A program made the position numbers and the translations under genes. From the NCBI GenBank assembly GCA_038087875.1, contig CM075988.1:26910001-26974000 (forward strand): a DNA stretch of 64,000 bases, read 5' to 3'. The notes under the pieces were generated by a model. The model was not told the DNA's origin and did not search any database. It worked only from the letters and a program-made list of their open reading frames with translations. This document shows positions 1 through 29,231 of this stretch, piece by piece; the first letter of the stretch is position 1; every line of letters begins with the position of its first letter. The DNA is from Malacoraja senta (taxonomy: Eukaryota).

Positions 1-58
1 AGTGGTATTGCACCGTCCTATCCCTGTTTCTGCTCATGGCTTTCTCTACTTATTGCAG

Positions 59-1353
59 GTGAAATCTCCATTGATTCTAGAAGGGAACTGTTGCACTCTC
101 TACTAGAAAGTGACCTCAGTCATTTGAAGAGAATATTCAGAAAAGAGCATGTTGGCTGGAACTTTGTGGAAGACTACACTTTGATGCACTTGTCCGTTCT
201 GACTGGAGATGTGGAGTTTGTTCAGCTGGTTCTGGAGTCTGGGGGATGTGTAAATGATCAGACATCCCGAGGGGCCACACCTCTGATACTGGCTGTGCAG
301 TACAGGTTTGTGCAACTGTGTAACTTACTGATCCAAGAGGGAGCCATTGTCAATCTAGTGGATGAAGACAAATGGGCACCTCTGCATTTTGCATCTCAGA
401 ATGGGGATGACCACATTGCCCGGCTGCTCTTGGACAAGGATGCCCAGGTCAATGTGAAGGAGGCCGATGGATGGACACCACTCCACCTGGCCTCCCAGAA
501 CAGCCATGAGAACGTGATGCGAGTGCTCTTCACTCGAGGTGCAGACACCAGCTCACTGGACCATGAACATTGCACATGCCTCCACCTTGCTGCATATTAT
601 GGTTACTACAGCATCACCAAGCTACTGATTGCTCAAGGAGCCAATTTAAATCAAGCACAGAATGGCCTGAAGACACCACTCCATCTAGCAGCTGCAAGGG
701 GTTTCTTCAGAGTGGCGAGGTTACTGGTGAACAGTGGAGCTGATATCAATAGTCTAGATTACTCTCATTACACCCCTCTGCATTTGGCAGCATTGAATGG
801 CCACACTGGCATCTGCCGGCATCTCTTGAAGCATGGGGCTGATGTCCAGCAAAAGTCCTTGCAGAATTGGACCCCCTTGCACCTTGCTGCTCTGAAGGGT
901 TACACATCAACTGTGCATCTTCTGATTGAACATTTTTCTGATCTTAATGTTGGTGGGGACCTTGAATGGACTTCACTGCACCTGGCAACGTGCTACAGCC
1001 AAGAGGATGTTGTCTCCGAGCTCCTTGAGAGAGGTGCCAATCCCAATGCCACTGAAGTTTCAGGATGGACACCGCTGCACCTGGCTGCCCACGGGGGAAG
1101 ATTCCGCTGCCTTGTCAAACTGCTTGACCACCAAGCCAATGTGAATGCTGTCAGTCACACCGGATGGACATCGCTGCATCTGGCAGCCATGAGTGGGGGT
1201 GTGAACATCGTAAGGATGTTGATCATGCAGGGAGCTGACCTGAAGGCCCGAGACCAGTATTTCAACACTGCCCTGCAGTTGGCTACCAAGCACCGGAACC
1301 ACAACGTGGCCAGCTTACTCTCAGCTGAAGAAACAGCAAAGCATGATTCATGA
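59..1353 (+). CDS. ANKK1: Last coding exon of ankyrin repeat and kinase domain containing 1 (about 11-12 ankyrin repeats; kinase exons lie upstream of the window)
   Basis: Pyrimidine tract and acceptor tattgcAG (57-58); phase-1 entry GT GAA ATC is in frame with ORF 91..1353; stop TGA 1351-1353. Repeated TPLHLA ankyrin motifs. VDEDKWAPLHFASQNGDDHIARLLLD and SGWTPLHLAAHGGRFRCLVKLLDHQANVNA align collinearly with recalled human ANKK1 (DEDQWAPLHFAAQNGDD..ARLLLD; SGWTPLHLAVQRSTFLSVINLLEHHANVHA). The TMPRSS5 neighbour supports the call. Confidence 0.88.
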
Positions 1354-1665
1354 CTTACCTTGTCATGGGCTGTTCACAAACTCAAAACACTTGATGTTGG
1401 GGATTTAAAATCTGCTAAGGGATAGACCTTCCATATCTGAATCTCTGCTTGAATTGAGACCAGTGTTGAATGTAAACTTCCTCAGAATGACAGGGTGCCC
1501 AGAGGAAGAACAATGGAGGACCCGGCATTGGGGGGGGGGGGGGGGGGGGGGGGTTGGTGTTGGGGGCAATACAGGATCACATTTAAAATTCTTTAAAAAA
1601 TATATAAAATCTAACATTTTCCATTTTATCACAGTGTTTTACTAAATTATTTTATATGCTTGATA

Positions 1666-1878
1666 AACACAAGGTACTGGAGTAACTCAGCAGAGTGCAT
1701 CACTGGAGAACATGGTTAGGAGATGTTTTGGATCGGGACTCTTCAGACTTCAGTTTGAATAAAGATCCCGGCCCAAAATTTCACCCATCCATGTTCTCCA
1801 GAGATGCTGACTGACCTGCCGAGTTACTCCAGCATTTTGTGTCTATCTTCGGTGTAAACCAGCATCTGTAGTTCCTTG
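1666..1878. mobile_element. Degenerate head-to-head pair of Penelope pLTR-derived short elements
   Basis: acacaa..ctggagtaactcagc arm followed by its inverse (..gagttactccagcattttgtgtct) and the tail ccagcatctgtagttcctt. Confidence 0.7.
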
Positions 1879-2942
1879 TTATTCCATCTTCTGTGTGCTT
1901 AGTTGATGCAGTAATTAGCCCCAAAACATTGAGCAATGTGAAATTTGTCATAGAGTGATACAGCGTGGATACAGGCCTTTCAGCCCATGCTCCCACCAGC
2001 CAACAATGTCCCAGCTACACTAGCCCCACCTGTCTGCACTTGGGCCATATCCCTCCATACCTGTCCTATCCATAAATTTGTCTTTTTACTTACAGTGTGT
2101 TGTAAAGAGTTGCTGAAAAATATCAGCTGAGTGGGTATCAACCCTTTGGATTGTCCTCATTACCATAGATTAATGTCCACCAATCCAGCAACTGTAGACT
2201 GAGTGGGAAAGCTGATATGGTTATCAAAGAGAAGTAGGTTTGTTTCTCAATTTTTCAAACTCTTTTGTCTTTCTCGGTCAGAAAGAAACTTGGAAAATAA
2301 AATAACCTGTTCCAAGGGGTGACAAGGCAGATGAAACTTCCCAGATATACACTCAACAAGTTGAATATGTCTCTCATGAACAAGGCAGTTTGAAAAACAA
2401 TGTTTATTTTGCCAGTTACCACATCTTCGCAGCAAGAGCCATCATTGCAGCACTCCAAATGAAGTGAAATATAAGCTAAAAAGATAATTTTTATGTTTTG
2501 CTTCAGTCCTGATTTGAACATTTTCACTGAACCTGATCATCAGCTATGATGGCCAAAGTGATTTGAGAACGGCTCATCTTATTATTTGTGTCAAAACAGA
2601 TGCAGATTCTCAAACAATGGATTGAAGAAATGTACAAAACATCGAGGTGCATAGTGGTACACTTTTAGTTCCATGATGTTGGTATTTAATGAGGGAAACC
2701 ACTTGTTTGTAAGAGTCAATGATGCAGAGTTAAGGAGCCGACATGAAAGTCCACTGATGTCCATTTGGGAAAACCAGGTCTCTGAGCTTAGTCTGGGGAA
2801 GCACAATGGTTCTCACTCCGTGGGTCGGATGCAACAAATACCGTTAACCTTCTTTACACTGAGGGTTGTTCCATTCTGCTTCTGTAAAGCATTCTTGTTG
2901 CTCCAGTAGATGATTGAATGTTTTCTGAGCCATAGGGTTGTG

Positions 2943-2948
2943 CTATCC
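2943..2948 (-). CDS. TMPRSS5: Candidate terminal coding exon of TMPRSS5 (Gly-stop)
   Basis: Minus acceptor gtgttctctttctTAG (2949-2950) followed by GGA TAG; minus-strand AATAAA at 2403-2408. No protein homology is available to confirm it. Confidence 0.35.
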   Translation of the reverse strand, partial: G

Positions 2949-3789
2949 CTAAGAAAGAGAACACGTCACAGAATTAAACTGATCGTCATTTAGGCACAAG
3001 GGAACAGGTGTAGCTTTGAGCTGCTGCTTATGGGAAATAGGAGCTAGAATGGGCCTGATCAGACATTGAACAAGGTCATGATTTCCTTGATCTCTGTCCT
3101 CCACATTCCTTCATGGTCCCATTACTGTTGATTATTCTACAGTATAAACATGTCTCAGCTTGAGTATATTCAATGCCAACGCCTACAACCTTCTGTGAAA
3201 ATAAATTCCTGCTAATCTTAAATAGCTGACTTCTTCCTCCAGCACTGTGTTCAGTTTCTCGTTTCTCCCACCATCGGAAATCCTCGCAGTATCTACTCAT
3301 CATGATTCCTTGCACTCCAATATCTTTCAGTGAAATCAATAAAAAGAATAACTGGTGGTGCAGGTGAAGCATCTACCTCCCAGAACCAGAGATCGAGGTT
3401 CATCGCTGTTAGTGTGGACCTCCCTGTGACTGGATGGACATTTGAAAACCATATTGTTCAAATTAGACACAAAAACCTAGTATAACTCTGCGGGTCTGGC
3501 AGCATATCTTTATTCCATAGAGGAATAGGTGACGTGTGTGTAGATGGGGGCATCTTTGTTGGTGTGGGCGTTGGGCCAAAGGGCCTGTTTCCATGCTGTA
3601 TGACACCATGACGTACCACAGCAGTTGAGTTCAGATCAGTGAGAGTCACACAAATAACAATCACTGTTGAAAATGACATTGATCTTCTAAAAGTGGAATG
3701 CAGTTTCCACATCAGTCTAGGCCGTCCTGCAGAGTATGCTGATCAGGTACAAAGACCATCATGGTGTGCTTTGACTATCTGCCTTAAGT

Positions 3790-4100
3790 CGGCAGCACAG
3801 TGGCACAGTGGTTGAGTTGCTGCCTTAAAGCACCAGAGCCCAGCTTCGATCCTGACTAAGGGGGCTGTCTGTACAGGGTTTGTACTTTCTCCCTGTGACC
3901 GTGTGGGTTTTCTCCGGGTGCTCCAGTTTCCTCCCACATTCCAAAGACGTGCAGGGTTGTAGGTTAATTGGCTTCTGTAAATTGTCCCCAGTGTTAGGAT
4001 GTGAAACTGGGATAAGATAGAAATGTACGGGTGATTGCTGGTCAGCGTGGACCTGGTGGGCCGAAGGACCTTTTTCCACACGGTATCTCTAAACTAAAAA
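3790..4100 (+). mobile_element. tRNA-headed V-SINE of HE1 type; further copies near 8030-8222, 10353-10600, 18985-19165, 22603-22757(-), 29740-29987(-), 35316-35587, 36006-36214(-)
   Basis: A-box-like TGGCACAGTGG, B-box-like GCTTCGATCC, central ttctccctgtgacc..gggttttctccgggtgctcc..tttcctcccaca block, and 3' tail gggccgaagg..tttcc shared with the CR1 LINE ends in this window. Confidence 0.8.
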
Positions 4101-4454
4101 CTAGTCTCTTATTTGGTTCAGGGTCAATTTGTCTGCTTACACTTCTGTGATAGGTTTTGCAATGTTCCACAAGTTGCTGCTATTCACATGAAATTTTCTT
4201 GGATTTCATGCATCTGTGAAGTGTGAATTCATGCAAGCACTGCTATTTGTCATGGATTCAAAGACCCATGAAGACAATATTACTGGAAGGTCTGAAGTTA
4301 AGAAGTAATATCACTTCTTCACAAGTCCAGTGTGTGTAAATGTGGAATTCATGGAGACTGTGTTGGATAGCTAAATGTTGCTCATTTGACCATGGATAGA
4401 TGAGGGAAATAAAATGAGGTACAACTGAATTCATCCTTTTATTACTAAAATTTA

Positions 4455-20832
<16,378 letters not shown>

Positions 20833-20983
20833 AACTGAAGGTTTTCACGAGATGTGGGCCTCGCCAGTCAGCAGCTCATGTGTGGAGGTCACTGAATGCG
20901 TTTTTGTTAGTGATTATGAACTAAGTGTCTAGTCCTGTGACACTCTGAATGATAATGAATTACAATTCAGGATGGGTTTTTAT

Positions 20984-20990
20984 TTTTATA
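20984..20990 (-). promoter_or_regulatory. Candidate TATA box for TMPRSS5
   Basis: Minus-strand TATAAAA about 150 bp upstream of the ATG exon; E-box CACGTG at 21038-21043. Motif match only. Confidence 0.3.
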
Positions 20991-23900
20991 GAGCAATCAC
21001 GAGAGTTACTCAGCTGGTAAAACTAGTTTCCAAATATCACGTGTAGGCACATTCCATGCTTAACTACTGCGAGGCAACCACTTGCTTTTACTTCTGGCAT
21101 CCGACATGATTTAAAAACATTTAAAAGTAGTGAAATGGCAATAAAGACGTAAAGATCCCAGCATCTCTATTATAATCCAAAGCACATGACAAGCAGTGAT
21201 GGATGTGAAGGAAGGAACTGCAGATGCTGGTTTAAACTGATTACACCGACTGAGAGTCTGAAGAAGGGTCTCGACCCAAAACGCCAAATATTCCTTCTCT
21301 CCAGAGATGCTACCTGACCTGCGGAGTTACTCCAGCATTTTGTGTCTAAGCAGTGATGTAATGTAAGGTGAATGATTAGCTTCAGACCTTGGCAATGAAA
21401 TAAGGGCGCTGCTTGAAATGCACAGATTATAATCACAAAATCTGAGTTCCTCCAGCAGTTTGCTCCAGCATTTGTAGCCCTTCTGTGTCTCTGTGATCAT
21501 GTAGTCCACCAGAAGTCACAGTGAACAGTCTGGAGGAGGGGGACAAGATTTAACAGAACTGAGAGAGGATTAGATGCAGCACACAGTGAGTTATCACCTG
21601 ACATTTGTTCCACCATTGTGTTTAGCAAATACATTCCAAAACATTCTTTGCAGGAGTGTTCAGTGGAAGCAATTGTAGAGCTCTAGAGATGAAAGAACAG
21701 GTGAGCAGGTGGAGGGGAGAGTGATATTTGTTTCACAGAGGTGGGCAGATTGGGGCAATGTCCTTCCATGGTGTGTAATTTTGGAGCCTAACTAGCCTGA
21801 ACTCACTACAAGAGAGGATGTAAAGTAATTGCTAAGAAAATGGTTGACGTTACAACTGCTGGCTGGTGTTGGGATTTGCTAATAATTGCAGCAGCTGCAG
21901 GTATTGTACAAGGACAGAGTGACTCAAGGATTGAACAGCAACCTTTGCAGCCTGTGGCTTGATGTTAAGAGCATGGTGTTCCTGAGAAGAATTCCAATGA
22001 CAAACAGGATTGAAGCGAACTTGGGAGGATATCTTTTGTTTAGTAATTGTGGTAAATTTGCTGACAGATTTTACTCATATAACATAGAACGGTACAGCAC
22101 AAGAATAGGCCTATTGATCAACAATACCTGTGCTGAGCATGGTGCCAAAACCAACTCTCATCTGCCTGTACATAATCCATCTCCCTCCTTCATCCATGTC
22201 CCTCCATTCCCTGCATGTACACATGGCTATCCCAAAGCCTTCTAAATGTCACTAGGATATCTGCCTTGACCACCACCCCCAGCAGACTGTTCCAGGCACA
22301 CACCACCCTCTGTGTAAAAAAACTTGCTGGGACCTGAAGCGCGCTGCTGGGAGTGGTGGTGGAGGCAGATATGTCAGTGGCATTTAAGACATTTGGATAG
22401 GCACATGGATATAGAGGGAATGGAGGGATATCGGTTATGTGCAGGTAGATAAGTGATGGGCTTGGCGTCATGTTCGGCACAGACATTGTGGGCCGAAGGG
22501 CCTGTTCTTGTGCCGTGTTGTTCTATGATCCTCAAGAGAAAATTATTGAAGAAGTCCCTGCATCACTTTCTTTGTTTTCACTAGTTATAACAACGTTGCA
22601 GAATGTCTGCATATCTTTGGGATGTGGGAGGAAACTGGCGCACCTGTAGGTCACAGGGGGAACATGCAAACTCCACACAGACGCCACCCAAGGTCAGGAC
22701 TAAACACTGGCCTCTGACGCTGTAAGGCAGCAGCTCCACCACTGCGCCACCGTGCCACATTTCCTTCTATGCGATTAACATAATTGTTTGCATTTATCGT
22801 AATAACGTTATTAGTAATTACCATCAATATAATTGGAGTACGATAGAGTGAGCAGTGACTGAGAGAGACCCTTCTATGTTTCCAGTGAAGAATGTTTGCT
22901 CTTGGACATTGTAAAGTGCAGCTCATCTTAAGTGAGGTTGACAACAGACTCTGTACAATTTGCAACGAAACTGAACTGAAAACCAAAGCTACCTGAATCC
23001 CTGTGGGACAAGATGATCTTTACCATCAGGAAAGATTGAAGTTCCCCTCGAGGTCAATCTCCATCCTGTCCTGGAGGTTTGCCAACCATTCTCTCAGTAC
23101 CTGGTCAGACACTGGAATAATATGGATAACAGAGTGCTGAGAGGATGTATTCAACTGCAAACTTCATCTACCTCAAATAGTACCAGTTAGTATTCCTGTT
23201 CAGCTATAGGTTATTCATCATGGACTGTTCAAACCACGCTGTGCCTGTTTGCATCACACTTGTTGAAATCAGCGGCTCTCTAGCTGCTCAACTAAACTTG
23301 AAAGATCGATTTAATTGTAAATCTTGAAGCGATTCTCAGTTAAACGCAATCTCTTCCCGGCAGCAACTCCCTTGGCCTATAATCCGTTTCCTTAACCAAT
23401 TTTCCACTGTCATATACCTCCAAGGATAATTCATTGACATGAGAACATTAGTAAAGAGCAGTTGATTGTGGTTCTTGTGCCTATTGCCCATCCAATCATG
23501 TAGCATATGACAGGGCCAATTATCTTAGCTCAGTTGATGTTCTCTGTCCTCTGGGCAGGCAGCAGCTTTTCCCTTTGAAGTGTGAATTAATTAGCTTTTC
23601 AATGCCTTTCCAATGCTTAATCAAAATATTTATGAGACCACGTTATTTTTCACAAAGGCTTTAGGCAATCAGCATAAAAAGATATAGTCATAGGGAAAAA
23701 TAGCCTCTCTACTGAGCTGCCACAGAGGCCTGTTGATTCACCAGGTATTTACGCTCACGCATGCACCTCTTCTCAACACTGATGTCCATCAGGGAAACCT
23801 ATTCCTTTTTCTCTCATGCACTTATCTTACTTCCACAGAAAGGCACGCTCCCTACTTTTGTCACGGGTTCACATATTAATAAATTCCATATTCTCTTCCT

Positions 23901-24353
23901 GGGATCAGAAAGTTCGCCTCACGATTGCATTTTCCATTAGAGACTGCCTTGAATTTATCATCTATTCTCTACATCCTGCCTGACAATTCCATGAGGTAAA
24001 CGATGAGTTGAGATACATCTCTCCTTTATCTTTGCTGCAGATGAACACCTTGATGTTCTGGTTACTGTTTCCCAGTTCCTGTCACAATTTCTTTAGTGGA
24101 CTGCAAAATCCAGAACTGGGATAGGGAAAACTGTAGGTGGAGAGGTCACAAGAACACTGTTGGCAACTTGCCCATCATCTGTGTCTCCACACATAGATGA
24201 CCATGTTGATCTTTGAGGAGCTCTGATCTCTCTAGTTACGATTTTGCCCTTTATACTTGTAGCATTTCTTTGGATTCTCCTTTACCTTAACTGCCAAATC
24301 TCTCATGTTGTTTTGCCCTCCTGATTTCTCTCTTCAGTGTTCTTACAGCCCTT

Positions 24354-24446
24354 GGAGTTAAGAGTAGGAGATGTGAGCCTGTCGTGGAGTTAGCGGTAGT
24401 AGATGTGAGCCTGTCTTGGGATTAGGGGTAGGAGATGTGAGCCTGT
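24354..24446. repeat. About 3 x 32-bp degenerate tandem repeat
   Basis: gtag(g/t)agatgtgagcctgt at 24364, 24396 and 24428. Confidence 0.85.
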
Positions 24447-27400
24447 TTTTCTTCCAGCCCTCTTCCCCATATATTCTGATTTCCTTGGTGTCACTAACAC
24501 TTGTAGCTTTGAGTCAGTTGTGTAGTCATCATCCTCGGCCTTCTGAGATATGGCATTCCAAAGATAAACTGTCTGTGGTAAGACATTTATTCTTGTTTTA
24601 ATACTAAATAAATGAACCCTTAGATATCTCCAGTACTGGACTTCCAAACCTGTGGAAACATTTTCTCAGTATCTACCTTGTCAAACCTTATTAAAATCTT
24701 GTGTAACTCTGATTATTTTAAATGTGGTTTGTAGTTAGAGAGTCAGAGTTATACAGCACGGAAACAGGACAGAGTCGACCAAGGTGCTGCCTGGTCCCAT
24801 TTGCCTGCATTTGGCCCATCTCTCTCTAAACTGTTGCTATCCATGAACCTATCCAAATCTATTTTAAATGTTGCCATTGTACCTGCCTTGACTACTTCAT
24901 CTGGCAGCTTATTCCATCCAGTCAACATCTTCTGTGTGAAAAAGTTGCCCATTTAGGTTGCTGCATCATTTAGGGTTAAGCCTCTTCAATTTCTCCTCAA
25001 CACCATGCCCTGCCATGCCAGGGATCAATTCAGTGAATAATAATTCACTCTCTCCATTTTTCTATTAACCTAGAATTTCAGAATGTTCTTGCAGCTTTGA
25101 GCTCATCTTCTCACTTCAATTTATTTTCTGAACAAATCCAAGATTCCACAACTGCTTTGTACATAATTAAACTTTAATATGACTGAGTTATTGGTTTTGC
25201 CCAATGACCCATATGTCAGCTCACAAGGAGAATTAAATTAAAATAAAGTGACACAAATGTATTTTGCGAGTGAGAGTGAGGCATTCATTATTTTACGGAG
25301 TGCTTCAGACAGGGATTGCTGGTATCCATGTTGTGTTAAATCCAGGAATCTAGATATCATTGGTGTTGCCCCATGACTCTGTGAGGAGTGTGATATCGAG
25401 CTCACTGATCAATAAATGCCAGACTTGCACTAAAAACAAGTCAATATATTAAGATTTTGCATTCAGGATTTGATTTTAGCTGAAAAATCATTATTTATTG
25501 CTGCTGAATAACCTGAAAACATATGTCCATTATTCACCAAAAAAGTTGGTTGGAGATTGTAAAAGTTCCAGCTTTCATTGCTGTTTTCTGGCTGTCTTTT
25601 AACTCTCTCTCTCTAAATCCCACCTACATTTTCAAGTCTTTTTGAAGATTATTTACAGTAATGTACATTTATGCTTCATGGTTTTCCCTTGTTACGTCCA
25701 CATCATTAATGACCCTTGCTGCTTCTCCGGCTGCTCACCAATGCTCAACCCGAAACGTCACCTATTCCTTTTCCCCACAGATGCTTCCTGATCCACCGAG
25801 TTACTCCAGCTTTTGGTGTCTGTCTTTGGTATCAACCAGCATCTGCAGTTCTCTCCTGCTTCTTGTTCTTAAGGGACCATGCTGCTCTTGATCAGATGTC
25901 CAATGACAAGAAACCCTATTCTAGAGCCCATCAAACCTTGTGTGTTACAAGGTGGACTCTCTTGTAACACAGGGAAGTATTGCTCTACTCTTTACCAGAA
26001 AATCCAGCGCAATATTTTCAGTTTTGTGTTTAGAGGCAAATTAAAGGAGAAGGTATTACTTTCTGGATATTTAGGAGAATTCTCTTTCCAGAGAAAACAA
26101 AATAAACTTTGCATCTTCCATTTTCCAAACTGTTGATTCTCACTCCGTTTTTATGCAAATATCTGCCGACTGAAGGATTCAGAATTGGCTTTAAAAGTTT
26201 ACCTAAAAAGGGTTGGAGGAAGCTCTAAAAACATTCACTCTCAGACTAATTCCTGGGATGAGGAAGTTGTTCCATTAGAGAGGCTGCAACATTTTGGCCT
26301 CCAGTGTTCCGTGGAGTTCAGATGAATGAGGGCTGATCTTATTTACATCTATAAGATCATAAGGAGTTTGACAGGACAGATGTTGGGATGTTTTCACTAG
26401 TCAGTGAGTTCACAAACAGAACATAGAACAGGAACAGGCCCTTCGGCCCACAATGTCTGTGCCGGACACGATGCCAGCATTAACTCTAGTCTGCCTGCAT
26501 ATGATCCATATACCTCCAATCCCTGCTTATTCATGTAGTGGACAAACCAGGGGACATAGTGCCAACTTAATGGGCTGGTCATTTTAAACCAAGCTGCATA
26601 GATAAGAGGATGGTGAATCTTTGGGATGCTCTGTCCCTGGGGATGGTGGAGTCAAGATTATTAGATACATTTCAGATGGTTAGAGGTAAATATTGAAACG
26701 ATCAAGGAGTTAATGGTTACGGGGAACTGGCAGAGCTGAGGCCAGTGGAGACCAGCCATGATCATATTGAATGGTCGGCCTAGTGGCCTACATCTGCTCC
26801 ATTTGCTTGTGTCCTTCCGTCATCTGCTGTAGGTTGTTGGGTCAGATTTGTGTGCAGTCCTCATTGTACGACATTTGAGATTATTAGACCAAGAGCAAAT
26901 ATCTTCATAGGCACCATGCAACAAAGGTAATTTTAATTGTAAAAGTGAACCATTGTCAATATAATAACATCCTGCATTGTTCTGAGTGTTATGTCATCCT
27001 GCACTACATATGTACAGTTAGTGCACTCGTTGTTTGAGTAGACTACATTGTAGGCTAATGGGGTTGCATGGAATGGCTGTGTGGAGGTTTTGATTCAGTT
27101 TATGCTGACTCTGGCAGATTGTTTGTATCAGATCACAAGCTCTCACCTCTTGATGTGAGGACCAGCTTGAGTAGGACAATGTAGACATTCGCAATGCAAA
27201 TGGAAGGTAGACTTATAAAGCTGCATTCACTGTCTAACTGATCCTGATTTAATTCAAGACAAAACTATTTTCTAACTGATGCAATGTTTGTCATTTGAAA
27301 GACAACAGTGAGTTAGACTCTGGCAGAAAGAAAGATAGGATGACTTACAGTGTTGACCTGACTTGTACTGTCTTCCCGAAGATCTGATCCACTCTGGCAC

Positions 27401-28041
27401 CCTCCTTACATGTCCATAAGGATCCGAGGATTGGGCTTGAAGCTGTATATCTGGGACAGAGACCAGGATTTGGCAGAGTAGCGACTGCCTGCAGTCATAT
27501 GGTAACAGGGAAGGGTATCCACTAATGTGTGAGTAGTATTTCTACCCATGTGATTGATCTGCTGCGGATTCTGAAGGGCGTTTACAAAATCTACAAGAGT
27601 TTGATGCTGATATTATCGTAAATATGGTTTAATATTTAACCCTGGAGATATTTTATTTCAGCGTCTCCTTGTGGCTAAACTCAAATACTACCTTTAATTA
27701 ATCGGCAAGTTTATCTGCAGAACAGTGACGTTTAGCTATGTGTTTGCTCACAGTGAACTGTTTGTCCTGCATCCCCTGGTAACAACACTCCAGACTTTGG
27801 GCAGATCAACACTTCTTGCCTGTCACAGTTTTATACTTGCAAGTCTCCATTTGCAAAGTAGATTCTCAAACACGTGAATCTCCTTTTAAAAACATTATAA
27901 TTTGTCCCTATTAATGTAGTTACAGAGAGAATTGGAACCTAGATCTGAATCGGTGCTGGGTTGTGATAAATTAGTTGACCAATCTAAATATAGAAGGTTG
28001 ACGTGCAACCTTGTGTGTGGCCAGTTTAGTGGAGGGCATGG

Positions 28042-29231
28042 AACAGTGGGCAGTGGACAATGGAATAGTGGACAGTGGGCAGCAGACAGTGGGCAGTGGA
28101 CAGTGGGGCAGTGGACAGTGGGCAGTGGACAATGGAATAGTGGACAGTGGGCAGCAGACAATGGGCAGTGGACACTGGGGCAGTGGACAGTGGGCAGTGG
28201 ACAATGGAATAGTGGACAGTGGGCAGCAGACAGTGGGCAGTGGACAGTGGGCAGTGGACAATGGAATAGTGGACAGTGGGCAGCAGACAGTGGGCAGTGG
28301 ACACTGGGGCAATGGACAGTGGGCAGTGGACAATGGAATAGTGGACAGTGGGCAGCAGACAGTGGGCAGTGGACAGTGGGCAGTGGACAATGGAATAGTG
28401 GACAGTGGGCAGCAGACAGTGGGCAGTGGATACTGGGGCAGTGGACAGTGGGCAATGGACAATGGAATAGTGGACAGTGGGCAGCAGACAGTGGTCAGTG
28501 GACTCTGGGGCAGTGGACAGTGGAATAGTGGACAATGGGGCAGTGGATAGTGGACAATGGGACAGGGGACAGTGAACAGTGGGCAGTGGGACAGTGGGCA
28601 GTGGGCAGTGGACAATGGAATAGTGGACAGTGGACAGTGGACAGTGGACAATGGGGCAGTGGACAGTGGACAGTGGACAGTGGACAGTGGACAATGGGAC
28701 AGTGGACAGTGGAAAATGGGACAGTGGACAATGGGGCAGTGGACAGTGGACAATGGGACAGTGGACAGTGGACAATGGGACAGTGGACAGTGGACAGTGG
28801 ACAATGGGACAATGGGACAGTGGACAGTGGACAGTGGACAGTGGACAGTGGACAATGGGACAGTGGACAATGGGACAATGGGACAATGGGACAGTGGACA
28901 GTGGACAGTGGACAGTGGACAGTGGACAGTGGACAATGGGACAATGAGACAGTGGACAGTGGACAATGGGGCAGTGGACAGTGGACAGTGGACAGTGGAC
29001 AATGGGACAGTGGACAGTGGACAATGGGGCAGTGGACAGTGGGCAGTGGACAGTGGACAGTGGACAATGGGACAGTGGACAGTGGACAGTGGACAGTGGG
29101 CAGTGGACAATGGGGCAGTGGACAATGGGGCAGTGGACAATGGGACAGTGGACAGTGGACAGTGGACAATGGGACAGTGGACAGTGGACAATGGGGCAGT
29201 GGACAGTGGACAGTGGGCAGTGGACAGTGGG
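28042..29231. repeat. GGACAGT-based 7/8-mer satellite, with 72/57-bp higher-order units in the left part
   Basis: Marker aatggaatag at 28059, 28131, 28203, 28260, 28332, 28389, 28461; the right part is near-pure (ggacagt)n with ggacaatg variants. Confidence 0.97.

Noticed and set aside
3790..3860. tRNA gene suggested by A/B boxes
   Set aside because: It is the degenerate tRNA-derived head of a multi-copy SINE; no complete cloverleaf.
27370..27412. Minus-strand ARVDQIFGK resembling a KCNQ channel C-terminal helix
   Set aside because: Only a few residues match, flanks do not, and no other channel exons are seen.
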